Source of the DNA: an uncultured Verrucomicrobiae bacterium
GTDB taxonomy: Bacteria; Verrucomicrobiota; Verrucomicrobiia; Limisphaerales; UBA11358
Direction of reading: 5' to 3'
Assembly (NCBI GenBank): GCA_963827205.1
Contig: CAWHAH010000002.1
Location: forward strand, 263,711-327,710
Length of the DNA: 64,000 nucleotides
This document shows positions 1 through 10,183 of this stretch, one piece after another. The notes below the pieces were generated by a model. It did no database searches, had not been told where the DNA came from, and saw only the letters and a list, made by a program, of their open reading frames with translations. The position numbers and the translations under genes are program-made. Each line of letters begins with the position of its first letter. The stretch's first letter is position 1.

Positions 1-78
1 GGCTTCGCCCTTTTCCGTGCAGCAGCCGGCCAGCAAAGCCGCAGCCACCGCCGAACAGATAATCCAGTTAATTTTCAT
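1..78 (-). CDS. N-terminus of a lipoprotein (partial; rest of gene lies left of the window)
   Basis: Minus-strand ATG at 78 reads MKINWIICSAVAAALLAGCCTEKGEA, a signal peptide with an LAGC lipobox. Only 26 codons are visible. Confidence 0.35.
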   Translation of the reverse strand, partial: MKINWIICSAVAAALLAGCCTEKGEA

Positions 79-266
79 GGTTTGGTTTTAAGTTGATGTT
101 GGTTATTTTGAAATTGCAGCCACGCCATTGAACAAAACGAAAATGAACGCCGGCTGAACGGCGGATGACGGTTCTGTCATTTGTGAACAACCGGCGTTTG
201 ACTATTCCACCCCGATTCACTAACGTCAGCGGGCTGATAATCAAGAACCAACCAACGCAAAATTTT

Positions 267-1304
267 ATGGCACCCAAAACTGCTGAAAAATCCGTTGCCG
301 AGACCAAAACCGCCACGTCGCACTCGCGGGAACTCGAAGCGGCCATTTCCACCATCACCAAAAGTTACGGCGAAGGCAGCATCATGCGCCTCGGCGATGC
401 CCGGGCGCTGGTCAAAATTGACGTCATCCCCACCGGCTCGCTGGCGATGGACCTGGCGCTCGGCGTCGGCGGCATCCCGCGTGGGCGGGTCGTGGAAATT
501 TTCGGGCCCGAATCGTCCGGCAAGACCACGCTCATGCTCCACGTCATCGCCAATGCGCAAAAGACCGGCGGGCTGGCGGCGTTCATTGACGCCGAGCACG
601 CGCTGGACCCGGGTTACGCAAAAAAACTCGGTGTGAACCTCGACGATCTGCTGGTGTCGCAGCCGGATTCCGGCGAGGAGGCGCTGACAATTTGCGAGAC
701 TCTCGCCCGCTCGAACGCACTGGATGTCGTCGTAATTGATTCCGTGGCCGCGCTGGTGCCCAAGGCCGAGCTGGAAGGCGAAATGGGCATGGCCACGATG
801 GGCATGCAGGCGCGGCTGATGAGCCAGGCGCTCCGCAAACTCACGGCGATTCTGGCCAAGTCGAAGACGACGTGCATTTTCACCAACCAGTTGCGCGAAA
901 AGGTCGGCGTGATGTTCGGCAATCCCGAAACGACGCCCGGCGGCAAGGCGCTGAAATTTTACGCCAGCGTGCGCATTGACATCCGCCGCAAGGACACGCT
1001 CAAGGACGCCGCGGGCAACGCCGTCGGCAATCACGTGCGGGTGAAAATTGTGAAGAACAAGGTTGCGCCGCCGTTTGCCGAGGCCGAGTTCGACATCCTT
1101 TACAATCACGGCATCAACCAGGAAGGCAGCATTCTTGACGTGGCCATCGAAAACGGCGTCGTGGACAAAAAAGGCGCGTGGCTGCAATTCGAGGGCGAGT
1201 TGATCGGCCAGGGAAAGGAAGCCGCGCAGAAGGCGCTCGTCGAAAAACCCGCACTGGCAAAAAAAATTGTGGATGCTATTCTTACCAAACGCGCGGCAGC
1301 CTGA
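267..1304 (+). CDS. recA: Recombinase RecA
   Basis: ATG at 267 inside ORF 165..1304. Walker [11 protein letters not shown], then [21 protein letters not shown], and the loop region [30 protein letters not shown]. Confidence 0.97.
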   Translation: MAPKTAEKSVAETKTATSHSRELEAAISTITKSYGEGSIMRLGDARALVKIDVIPTGSLAMDLALGVGGIPRGRVVEIFGPESSGKTTLMLHVIANAQKTGGLAAFIDAEHALDPGYAKKLGVNLDDLLVSQPDSGEEALTICETLARSNALDVVVIDSVAALVPKAELEGEMGMATMGMQARLMSQALRKLTAILAKSKTTCIFTNQLREKVGVMFGNPETTPGGKALKFYASVRIDIRRKDTLKDAAGNAVGNHVRVKIVKNKVAPPFAEAEFDILYNHGINQEGSILDVAIENGVVDKKGAWLQFEGELIGQGKEAAQKALVEKPALAKKIVDAILTKRAAA

Positions 1305-1325
1305 TGGCCGCCCGCCGTTCGAAGC

Positions 1326-3269
1326 ATGAGCAGTATTTCTGACGTCGAAATTGATCTGGAAAAGCTTTTCCTGCCCGCGTGGGCGCAGGAATCGCCGTCG
1401 GCGAATCGTTACGCGAAATTCGCAGGCGAACCCGCCGCGCGCGATGATCGCCAACGCGAAGGCCGCCGGGGCGGCCCGCCCCGCGAACCGTTTGGCGAGC
1501 GCCGCGGCCCGCGTCCGCCGCGTGCGGGTCCCAAATTCGGCGAGCGCAAACGTGGATTTTCCCAGCGCGATGACCGCCGCGAACGCGAGTTGCGCGAGCC
1601 GCCTCCGCCTTTGCCGGAAATCACCGTTACTTTCCTGCCTGACGAAAGAGGCGTCGAGTCACTGGCGCGCCAGATCAAGATGACCGGCCGGGCGTTTCCG
1701 CTTTTCCAGATTGCGCAAATTGTGTTGGCGAAGCCGGAGCGTTATTCCGTCCAGTTGAGCGGGAAGAAAAAAGTGGCACAGGCGTCCCCGCCTGTTCGAT
1801 CCGAAGAAACACACGGGCAGGATGCCCGTGCCACTACCGCGATTGTCCAGCCGCTGTTCGTTTGCGCGCTCGACGACACGCCGTGGTTGAGCGAGGACGA
1901 TGCGGTGGCACACGTGCTGAGAAATCATTTCGCCACGTTTTACCAGGCTGAACGCACGGCCATCGAGCCGCCCAAGGGCAAATACACGTTTGTCGCGCAA
2001 TGCGGCATGAGCGGCGTCATTCTCGGCCCGCCGAATCATCACGATTACCAGAACCAGCTCCGCAAGCTGCACACCGAGCGTTTTTCCCGGATGCCATTTG
2101 AGGTCTTCAAGGCGCGCATCAAAATTGTGCGCGACGAGGCCGTGGTCAAAAAGTGGGTCGAGGAGCAAAGTTTCCGCACCGAATACATCTGCCTCAATGT
2201 GCCGGAGCCGCTCAAACTTCCGAGCCGGGAGGAAGTGGAGAAGCATTTCCGCGCGGTGCACAAGGACGCGATCATCAAGCCGGCGGAATCACACACGATT
2301 GGCGGCGTGTTGAGCCGCAACCTGCGGTGCCGGGAATTGCAGCGGCTCGTGCGCAACGATTGGGAGCGGCAGAAATATTTTCCGCTGCAACTCGCCACCG
2401 GCCTCAGCCGGCGATTCACCACCCACGGCCTGCATTTCTTCAAAGTCAACCGGACCTTCACCCACGTTTCCGTCGCCCGCCCGCAATTTCTCGACCTCGA
2501 AACCACGCCGGTCTCGGAAAGCATCAGGCGCATCGTCGGCCACATCAACGCGCATCCGAAATGCACGCGGCGGCAGTTGATCGAAGCCCTCGCGCCGACG
2601 CCGATAGTGGCACAGGCGTCCCCGCCTGTTCAATCCGAAGAAACTCACGGGCAAGATGCCCGTGCCACCACCGAAGCCGCCGCGCCGGCAAAACCGGCTG
2701 AACCGCAGGCGCCCGAACCAACATCGGAGCAGACCGCGGTCATCGCCGATTTGCATTGGCTCGTGCATCAGGGGCACGTGATTGAATTTGCCGATGGCCG
2801 GATGGACACGGCGAAAAAGCCCGCGCCCAGACCACCGACCCAGGCTGCGCCGGAGGCTTCGCCGAGGCGAGAACCGGAAAAGAAAGCCACCGGGGAGAAA
2901 CCCGCCGCGGAAGGCGAAGCCGCTGCAACTATGATTGAGCCGTCGTCCGAGATTCCGGTTTTGACGGAAGCGGAAATCCCTGCTTCCGAACCTGAGCCGG
3001 CGGTTGAACCGGTCTCAGAAGTTCCACCGCCAGCCGACGCTCCGGTCCCCGCAACCGAACCTGCGGCTGAAGCCGCAGTTGAAACTCCGCCTTCAGTCGA
3101 ATCCGCCGCCGCAGCGCCGGTGGACGAGCTGGCCGCCGGGGCGCCCGCGAGTGAATCCGCGCCCGCGGTTGAAACCGCACCGGCTGAACCGGGCGCTACG
3201 CCTGCCATTGAACCGGCTCCTGCCCCTGCGACCGAACCGGCGGCGGAGGACAATCCGTCGCCTTCGTAG
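1326..3269 (+). CDS. Hypothetical protein with Arg-rich N-terminus, conserved-looking central domain and Pro/Ala/Glu-rich tail
   Basis: 647-aa ORF starting 22 nt after recA. RGG/RRE-rich first 100 aa and PAPE low-complexity last 170 aa. No family recognised. Contains two in-frame hairpin repeats. Confidence 0.7.
   Translation: MSSISDVEIDLEKLFLPAWAQESPSANRYAKFAGEPAARDDRQREGRRGGPPREPFGERRGPRPPRAGPKFGERKRGFSQRDDRRERELREPPPPLPEITVTFLPDERGVESLARQIKMTGRAFPLFQIAQIVLAKPERYSVQLSGKKKVAQASPPVRSEETHGQDARATTAIVQPLFVCALDDTPWLSEDDAVAHVLRNHFATFYQAERTAIEPPKGKYTFVAQCGMSGVILGPPNHHDYQNQLRKLHTERFSRMPFEVFKARIKIVRDEAVVKKWVEEQSFRTEYICLNVPEPLKLPSREEVEKHFRAVHKDAIIKPAESHTIGGVLSRNLRCRELQRLVRNDWERQKYFPLQLATGLSRRFTTHGLHFFKVNRTFTHVSVARPQFLDLETTPVSESIRRIVGHINAHPKCTRRQLIEALAPTPIVAQASPPVQSEETHGQDARATTEAAAPAKPAEPQAPEPTSEQTAVIADLHWLVHQGHVIEFADGRMDTAKKPAPRPPTQAAPEASPRREPEKKATGEKPAAEGEAAATMIEPSSEIPVLTEAEIPASEPEPAVEPVSEVPPPADAPVPATEPAAEAAVETPPSVESAAAAPVDELAAGAPASESAPAVETAPAEPGATPAIEPAPAPATEPAAEDNPSPS
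1773..1834. repeat. Imperfect-palindrome REP element inside a CDS (copy 1)
   Basis: GTGGCACAGGCGTCC...GGATGCCCGTGCCAC termini. Translated in frame as VAQASPPVRSEETHGQDARATT. Confidence 0.7.
2607..2668. repeat. Imperfect-palindrome REP element inside a CDS (copy 2)
   Basis: Near-identical to 1773..1834, offset by 834 nt (same frame). Translated as VAQASPPVQSEETHGQDARATT. Confidence 0.7.
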
Positions 3270-3410
3270 CCGCCGTCGTGACAATTTCATCGGAGGGTCG
3301 AGTTATACGAGACCCTGACTATTCAACTTCGGCAGATGGGGGCTCGTGTAACTCGCCCCTCCGAACAAAATCCCTGCTTTCTTTAATCCTCCACCCTGCT
3401 AAACTACGCT

Positions 3411-4649
3411 ATGCCTTTCACAAAGTTAGGTCTTTCCCCGGCAGTACTCGAAGGCGTGCGCGCGGCGGGTTACGTCACGCCCACCCCGATCCAGCTCCGC
3501 GGCATTCCACTCGTGCTGGCCGGACGCGATGTCATCGGCAGCGCCCAGACCGGCACCGGCAAGACTGCCGCGTTCGCGCTGCCCATTCTTTCGAAGCTCG
3601 GCCAGCACGCGCCCGGCCCGCGCGCGCTCATCCTCGAACCGACGCGCGAACTGGCCGCGCAGGTGGAAACCGCCATCCGCGATTTCGCGCGCTTCACCAA
3701 TTTGAATGTCGCCGTGGTTTATGGCGGCGTCGGTTACGGGCGGCAGATGGACGCGTTGCGGGCGGGCGCGGACGTGCTCGCCGCCACCCCGGGCCGTTTG
3801 CTCGACCATCTCGAACGCGGCACGGTGCGGTTGGACAAGGTCCAGTTTCTCGTGCTCGACGAGGCCGACCGGATGCTCGACATGGGATTTTTGCCGGACG
3901 TGCGCCGCATCCTCGACCGCTGTCCGCGCCAGCGCCACACCGCGCTGTTTTCCGCGACGATTCCGCCCCAAATCGAAACGCTCATTCAATGGGCGATGAA
4001 GAATCCGGAAACGATTGAAATCGGCGCGCGCCGGACGCCGGCCGAAACGGTGAAGCACGTCATCTATCCCGTGTCCGATTCGCAAAAATCCGACCTGCTG
4101 CTGGAACTGTTGAAGCGCGTGGATTACAACTCGGTGCTGGTCTTTTGCCGGACGAAGCACGGCGCCGACCGCATCGCGCAATTGCTCAAGCGCAACAATC
4201 ACGCCGTGGCGGTCCTGCACTCCAATCGCACCCAACGCGAACGTGAGCAGGCCCTCAAGGGTTTCCGCGACGGACGATTTGAAGCGCTGGTGGCCACCGA
4301 CATCGCCGCGCGCGGACTCGACATCGCGGACGTGAGCCACGTCGTCAACTACGATGTGCCGCAGCATCCGGAGGATTACATCCATCGCATCGGGCGAACC
4401 GGGCGCGCGGAGGCGAGCGGCGACGCCTTCACCATCATGACCGCCGAGGACGCCAGCCACGTTTTTGCCATCGAACGTTTCATCAGCCAGAAAATCCCGC
4501 GCGTGAAGCTGGAAAATTTCAATTACACCTACACCACGCTGTTCGAGGAAGGAAAACCCGGTCAGCCCAAAGGCGGTTTTCCCGGCAAAGCCCGCGGCTC
4601 ACGTGTCCACGGCGGCTACCACTTCGCCATGTCCAGGCGGAGAAGGTAA
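3411..4649 (+). CDS. DEAD-box ATP-dependent RNA helicase (RhlE-like)
   Basis: Q-motif region TPTPIQ, motif I AQTGTGKTAAF, motif II VLDEADRMLDMGF, SAT, HRIGRTGRA, and a basic C-terminal tail. Confidence 0.95.
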   Translation: MPFTKLGLSPAVLEGVRAAGYVTPTPIQLRGIPLVLAGRDVIGSAQTGTGKTAAFALPILSKLGQHAPGPRALILEPTRELAAQVETAIRDFARFTNLNVAVVYGGVGYGRQMDALRAGADVLAATPGRLLDHLERGTVRLDKVQFLVLDEADRMLDMGFLPDVRRILDRCPRQRHTALFSATIPPQIETLIQWAMKNPETIEIGARRTPAETVKHVIYPVSDSQKSDLLLELLKRVDYNSVLVFCRTKHGADRIAQLLKRNNHAVAVLHSNRTQREREQALKGFRDGRFEALVATDIAARGLDIADVSHVVNYDVPQHPEDYIHRIGRTGRAEASGDAFTIMTAEDASHVFAIERFISQKIPRVKLENFNYTYTTLFEEGKPGQPKGGFPGKARGSRVHGGYHFAMSRRRR

Positions 4650-4751
4650 TTGTTGGAGTTCAATCTTCAGGTTGCCTTCGACACGCTAAAGCGTGAACTC
4701 CAACGCAAACGCTCCCGAAACGGCACAATTTGTGCGGTGTTGGATTGGGTA

Positions 4752-5360
4752 ATGCGAACTTTCAAACTCATTTTGGGGATTGGTTGCCTGCTTGTGGCAA
4801 TTAATTTTGGCTTGTTCGTGTTGGGCGGATTCGATTGGCCGTTTGTGGTCTGCGCTCTAAGTTTGACGGGCGTCGGTTTATTTCTGATTTCAAAACGAAA
4901 CCTACCGTTGTTGTGGAAAGCCAGAATATTAATTGTCGTCAACTTTGTTTTTATTGGCGGATTGATCGTGCTTTTTGTTATCCCGAGTTTTGTCCGGGCC
5001 CGGTATCAAACTTCAGCGAATGCTTGCATCAACAACCTTCGCCAGATTGATGCTGCCAAACAGGAATGGGCCTTGGAGATGAACAAAACGAAAGGGGCGG
5101 TTGTCACCGAAGCTGATATCACCCCATATATCAAACTTGATGCTAACGGGAATCTTCCGAAATGTCCGGCAGGCGGCACATATATCATTGGCCGGATCGG
5201 CGAAAATCCGAAATGTTCCATCGGAACTTCCGCTTGGCCGAACGAACACGTTTTGCCCGGTGACGAAACCCATGACTGGTGGACTGATTTCAAAGCCGCT
5301 TACTCCATCGTGTTTGGCCTGCATCACACGTTGCCCAAAATCACACCTCAAGCGCCGTAG
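4752..5360 (+). CDS. Membrane protein with a Cys-containing extracytoplasmic domain
   Basis: ATG at 4752 within ORF 4650..5360. Three predicted TM segments, then CINNLRQIDAAKQEWALE...KCPAGGTYIIGRIGENPKCS. GC is lower than in the flanks. Confidence 0.55.
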   Translation: MRTFKLILGIGCLLVAINFGLFVLGGFDWPFVVCALSLTGVGLFLISKRNLPLLWKARILIVVNFVFIGGLIVLFVIPSFVRARYQTSANACINNLRQIDAAKQEWALEMNKTKGAVVTEADITPYIKLDANGNLPKCPAGGTYIIGRIGENPKCSIGTSAWPNEHVLPGDETHDWWTDFKAAYSIVFGLHHTLPKITPQAP

Positions 5361-5816
5361 GCGCGAAATCTTTGTAGCCTCCAAACCAAACAACGTTTCA
5401 AGCTCCGTGGGAGCGGCATATTCCCAGACTATTTTGCTCCTACGGAGCTTGGTTCATTTTTGATTCCGATTCTATAAATATGCCGCGCCTACGGCGCTCC
5501 GAATTGCCGCTGCGGAAAATGTTGAGGAGCGCACGTGCCGTGTGCGCCGTGTCCAACGCCGTGTCGAGCATATTCCATCCAAACCATGCAACGCCCATCG
5601 GCGGAGCGGCTGTGCTCTTCCTGTCCAAACTGATTGTTTGAGAAATACGCCAGCGATATTTGCCGGGGACATTCTCAAAACGTCGCGACCGAATGCCAAT
5701 TGTTTTTGACAGATCGGCTTCGACAGCCCACTCTCTGTTTCAAGTTACCGAGCCATACCCAGCAGCAGCAAAAATAGATTGCGGTTTGTGCGTGCTGCGA
5801 ATTCAACGAATCGGCC

Positions 5817-8366
5817 ATGTCCAATCGCCGTAAAAGGAGCACCGGTTCCGCCAACTTTCCGAAGGCGCCAACCCAGGACCAAGCGGCTTTCCCGGCAAGG
5901 TCACTTGCCAGTGGCTGGCGGCTTTGGGTCTTCCGGCTGCTGGCCTTGGTTGTGGTCCCGGCGCTGTTCCTGGGTCTGGTTGAACTGTCATTGCGACTGG
6001 CCGGTTTCGGTTATCCCACCGCGTTTCTGTTGCCGGCCACGCTGAACGGGCAGAAGGTTTTCGTGCAGAACAACCGATTCGGCTGGCGTTTCCTGGGGCC
6101 CAAACTCTCGCGGTTGCCATGGCCCATTTCCATTCCCCAAACCAAAGCTCCGGATACGGTGCGGATTTTTGTCTTCGGCGAATCCGCCGCCCAAGGCGAT
6201 CCACAATATGTGTGCGGTCTGCCGCGGATGTTGCAGGCGATGCTGGCCCTGCGGCATCCGGGGGTGCATTTTGAGGTGGTGAATGCCGCGATGACGGCGA
6301 TCAACTCCTACGCGATCCTGCCCATCGCGCGCGACTGTGCGAAGGCCGATGGCGATCTCTGGGTTATTTACATGGGCAACAATGAAGTCGTGGGGCCGTT
6401 TGGTCCCGGCACCGTTTTTGGGCCGCAGGTGCCGCCGCTGCCGCTCATCCGGGGCATCCTGGCCCTTAAAACCACGCGCACCGGGCAGTTGCTGGATTTC
6501 GCGCGCCAGTGGATCCGGAAGCCACCGGCGGGGAGTGATGAATGGGGCGGCATGAAAATGTTTCTCGACCAGCAAGTGCAGGCCGATGATCCGCGCATGA
6601 ACGCGGTCTATGACCACTTCGAGCGGAACTTGGCGGACATCCTGCGGGCCGGACAACGGCGCGGTGTGGGCATGGTCGTGAGCACGGTGGCGGTCAACTT
6701 GAAGGACTGCGCGCCGTTTGCTTCGGCGCATCGGCCCGGATTGTCCGGAGCGGACCAGGCGAAATGGGAGGCGCTTTACCAATCGGGCGTCCAGGCCCAG
6801 GCCGCCGGCAAAGAACAGGAAGCAGCGGACCGGTTCCAGGCCGCGGCCCAGATTGACGACCGTTTTGCCGCATTACGCTTTCGCCAGGGCGAATGCGCGC
6901 TGGCGCTGGGCCAAACGCAGCCAGCGCAGTGGCAGTTCCAGGCCGCGCGGGACCTGGACACCCTGCGCTTTCGTTGCGACAGCAAGCTCAATGACTTGAT
7001 ACGGCAAGTCGCGGCGCAGCTCAAGGGCGAGCGCATCTTGCTGGCGGACGCCGAGCGCGCTTTTGCGGAGCAAAGTCCGGACGGCCTGCCGGGTGAAAAC
7101 CTGTTTTACGAGCACGTGCATTTGAACTTCAACGGCAATTATCTTTTGGCCAGAACCATCGGGGCGGAGATCGAGAAATTATTGCCGGGTTGGGTCGCGG
7201 CGCGCGGCGTCACCAACCGGCCTTGGCCGTCGGCGGCGGATTGCGCGCGGCGGCTGGGCTGGTCCGATTTGGACGAATTGAGTAGTTTGAACATAATCCT
7301 CGCCCGCAGCAGCGCAGCCCCGTTCACGGGGCAACTGAATCATGATGCGCAAATGCTGCGTTTGCAGGCATCAATCGAAAGACTGGCCCCGGCGATGCAG
7401 CCGGCGGGGTTAAAGGAAACGGAGAGGATTCGCGAAGCGGCGGTGGCAGCAAATCCTGACGACCCGGCGCTCTACGGCCTGTTGGCTGCGGTGCAATCGC
7501 AGGTCGGCGACCTTACCGATGCGGCAGGTTCCTTGCGGCATGAATTGGCACTGCTCCCGGACGACTCGTTGCATTGGTTCCAGTTGGGCATAATTCTCAC
7601 ACAAGAGCACCAATTTGAGGAGGCCGCCGCCGACTTCCAGCGCGCCCTGCAACTGGATCCAACGGATGTGGAGTCGGTTAACAATCTTGCACAGTCATTG
7701 TGGATGCTTGGCCGGCGCGAAGAGGCAATCCGTGAATTCCGGCGCATGACGGCGATGAGCCCGGAATCCAGCCTGGCCTGGATCAATCTCGGGCAAATTC
7801 TCGAAGAGACGGGGCGCAAGGCGGCGGCGGAAGATTGTTATCACAAGGCGCTGGCCATCCACAGCAACCGCGAGCCGGACCTGCTCGCACTGGCGCGTTT
7901 CTGCCGGAGCCGTGGCTGGCTCGAAGCTGCGGTGACGAACTACAACGCGGCCATCGAGCTGAAGCCGGGGGACGCAAATCTGCGCGCCGAGGCGGGGCAA
8001 AGCCTTTTGATCTTGCGGCATTACGCCGAGGCCGCGCAGCAACTGGCGGAAGCAGTGCGGCTCAACCCGAAATCGGCGAAGGCGCATCTCCTCTACGGCC
8101 TGGCGGTCGGACAAGAGAACATGACAGTTGCGGCCGAGGCACAGTTCCGCGAAGCGCTGCGGCTGCAACCGGATCTGCTGGAAGCGCGGATCAACCTGGG
8201 CGTTGCGTTGATGAAGGAGAGATATCTCCGTTCGAAGCCCTCTCGCAATTCGAAGAAGTTCTCCAACAAAGTCCCACGAACAGTCTGGCGCTCGAATACG
8301 CCCAAGCCTTGCGCGCCCGGCTTGCCCGACAACCGGCCCGTTAACTTCAGAACCGGGTATAGATGA
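5817..8366 (+). CDS. SGNH/GDSL-like hydrolase domain fused to TPR repeats
   Basis: N-terminal TM segment, VRIFVFGESAAQGDP and IYMGNNEVVGPFG blocks, and a C-terminal half of 34-aa TPR units. The last ~45 codons may be frameshifted, because the alternative frame ending at 8344 reads like TPR. Confidence 0.8.
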   Translation: MSNRRKRSTGSANFPKAPTQDQAAFPARSLASGWRLWVFRLLALVVVPALFLGLVELSLRLAGFGYPTAFLLPATLNGQKVFVQNNRFGWRFLGPKLSRLPWPISIPQTKAPDTVRIFVFGESAAQGDPQYVCGLPRMLQAMLALRHPGVHFEVVNAAMTAINSYAILPIARDCAKADGDLWVIYMGNNEVVGPFGPGTVFGPQVPPLPLIRGILALKTTRTGQLLDFARQWIRKPPAGSDEWGGMKMFLDQQVQADDPRMNAVYDHFERNLADILRAGQRRGVGMVVSTVAVNLKDCAPFASAHRPGLSGADQAKWEALYQSGVQAQAAGKEQEAADRFQAAAQIDDRFAALRFRQGECALALGQTQPAQWQFQAARDLDTLRFRCDSKLNDLIRQVAAQLKGERILLADAERAFAEQSPDGLPGENLFYEHVHLNFNGNYLLARTIGAEIEKLLPGWVAARGVTNRPWPSAADCARRLGWSDLDELSSLNIILARSSAAPFTGQLNHDAQMLRLQASIERLAPAMQPAGLKETERIREAAVAANPDDPALYGLLAAVQSQVGDLTDAAGSLRHELALLPDDSLHWFQLGIILTQEHQFEEAAADFQRALQLDPTDVESVNNLAQSLWMLGRREEAIREFRRMTAMSPESSLAWINLGQILEETGRKAAAEDCYHKALAIHSNREPDLLALARFCRSRGWLEAAVTNYNAAIELKPGDANLRAEAGQSLLILRHYAEAAQQLAEAVRLNPKSAKAHLLYGLAVGQENMTVAAEAQFREALRLQPDLLEARINLGVALMKERYLRSKPSRNSKKFSNKVPRTVWRSNTPKPCAPGLPDNRPVNFRTGYR

Positions 8367-8616
8367 ACGGGTCACACCCCGGTGCTCGACAACGGATCCG
8401 CACCCGATAATCAGAAGCATTGCAGTGATGGACACGAGCCACTACTTCCTGTTCGTTTTGAGGAAGTCCCGGAGGCCGCGCTGGAAGCCGCCGTTCGGAT
8501 TGTTCCGCCGCGCTTTCCGAAAAATCGCTGGAGGTCGGAAACCCGGCAGGTTTCGCGGTGTCCGCTGGCAGGCTGGTTACCAGCATCCAGGCGCAGGCAA
8601 GCAGCGAGCCAATGGG

Positions 8617-9984
8617 CTACCGCGCCAGCGCCGCCAGCTTTTCGTTGGCTTGGGCGACGACGGCCAAGGTGCCCTTGTCCGTGTCGAACACCGAGTTCAG
8701 CCCCTGCGGTTCGCAGAACGGATCACCCGTCAGCGCGGTGGCTGAATCCGGTTTGCCGGTGCCGGCGCGGCCTTCGCCGCCCCAGGTCCAGAAGTTCGCG
8801 CCCTGCAATGCCCGGCCGGCTTTGCACGAATCCGCCACTTGATTGAACATGCGCCCAAAATAATCATCGCGGGCGGTCACCGGGCTTGCGGGGTCGTATT
8901 GCTCGTGGTCGCGCGGCAGGCCGAATTCTTCCAGCACCAGCGGCTTGTGCAATGTGTCGGTGGCAATGGCGGTGTGTTGTTCAACGTGTTCTCTGGCTCG
9001 GGCCGCGGCGTTCTCGTAATCCGGTCCGAGGTGGGGGTCTTTGAGCCACCCCCAATTCTTCAGCCACATGTGCACGGTCACATAATCAATCGCCGGTGTC
9101 TCATGCGCCTTGATGAAAACTTCGGGCTTTCGCAAACAACCCCAGATGCCTTCCGACCCGGTGCAAACGAGGTGGTTCGGGTCCTGGTCATGGATGAACC
9201 GCGCGGTTTCATCCACCCATTTGGCGTAAATGGCGACGGAATGATTGCTTTCATCGGCGCCCGGGCGCGGTTCGTTGGCCAGTTCCCACGTCATGATGGC
9301 AGGGTCATCGCGGTAAAGCCGGCCGTTGATGGTGTTGCGGCGTTGGATGAGGTGCGCAACGTAACCACGATAAAGTTCGACGGCTGCTGGCGTGGTGTAA
9401 AAGCGGGCGGAGAATTTGATGAAGCCGCCCCAATCGCCGCGTTCCATGATCGGGCGGTCGGGGTCCGGAATCTCCTCGCCGGTGATCCAGCGGACGTATT
9501 GCGCGAAGCCGCCGGACCACTGCCAATAGTTTGAGAGGAAAAGAACTCCGCGCATGTCGCGTTTGGCCATTTCATCGAGGCAGAAATCCAGTCCCCGGAG
9601 CAAATTCTCGTCCCAGTCGTGCGGCGCGCGGGTGATGCCGCGGGGAATGGCGCCGACCAGCGGCGATGTTTCCGAACCCGCCAGCAGGCGGAGGTTGTTG
9701 ACGCCGATGCCCTGCAATCGGTCGAGTTCGCGAACCAGGCGCTGGCGACCGCCAGGCAATGCCGGGTCCCCGAGGTAACAGCCATACCAAAGGTTGGTCC
9801 CGACATAAAAATAAGGACGCCCGCGCAGTTCGAAGCGTCCATGGCGCACGCGGGCAAACTCGCCGGCGGTTTTCCGGGTACGCCCGGAATGGGTTTGGGC
9901 GCTCACGCAGCCGGCGGCGACGATCGGCAATGCGAGGGCGGCGGTTTTGATGAAGTCTCTGCGCCGGATTTGATTATTGCTCAT
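8617..9984 (-). CDS. GH5 endo-beta-mannanase with Tat signal
   Basis: Tat motif NNQIRRRDFIKTAALALP. Acid/base motif WELANEPR. NYWQWSGG and VTVHMW blocks are typical of GH5 mannanases. Confidence 0.88.
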   Translation of the reverse strand: MSNNQIRRRDFIKTAALALPIVAAGCVSAQTHSGRTRKTAGEFARVRHGRFELRGRPYFYVGTNLWYGCYLGDPALPGGRQRLVRELDRLQGIGVNNLRLLAGSETSPLVGAIPRGITRAPHDWDENLLRGLDFCLDEMAKRDMRGVLFLSNYWQWSGGFAQYVRWITGEEIPDPDRPIMERGDWGGFIKFSARFYTTPAAVELYRGYVAHLIQRRNTINGRLYRDDPAIMTWELANEPRPGADESNHSVAIYAKWVDETARFIHDQDPNHLVCTGSEGIWGCLRKPEVFIKAHETPAIDYVTVHMWLKNWGWLKDPHLGPDYENAAARAREHVEQHTAIATDTLHKPLVLEEFGLPRDHEQYDPASPVTARDDYFGRMFNQVADSCKAGRALQGANFWTWGGEGRAGTGKPDSATALTGDPFCEPQGLNSVFDTDKGTLAVVAQANEKLAALAR

Positions 9985-10183
9985 GATCTGGTAATTCCCG
10001 GATTAATCTGCGCGAACACGTTACCCTCGCGGCGAGGGACGCCTCAACCGTTTTGCGTGAAACACGGGAACAAGGGTGCGAGATTACCCGAGGCCTGACA
10101 AGTTTGCTGTCGCAATTTCAGGTGACAAGACCCGCTTTTCTTGTCATCCTGACGCGCTCAAAGTGAAACACGACCGCCGCCAG

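Noticed and set aside
171-188. Possible LexA/SOS box upstream of recA (GTTC-N10-GAAC)
   Set aside because: The spacing does not match any LexA motif I know (GAAC-N4-GTTC, CTGT-N8-ACAG, or TGTTC-N4-GAACA as reported for Verrucomicrobia). The arms are only 4-5 bp.
177-1454. 425-aa minus-strand ORF antisense to recA, and similar long antisense or overlapping ORFs (e.g. 3426..4460, 16343..17872, 20574..21872, 27837..29006, 35215..36483, 59522..60715)
   Set aside because: They overlap genes with unambiguous family motifs on the other strand or frame and have Arg/Gly/Ala/Pro-biased composition. This is the expected stop-codon-poor shadow ORF in high-GC DNA.
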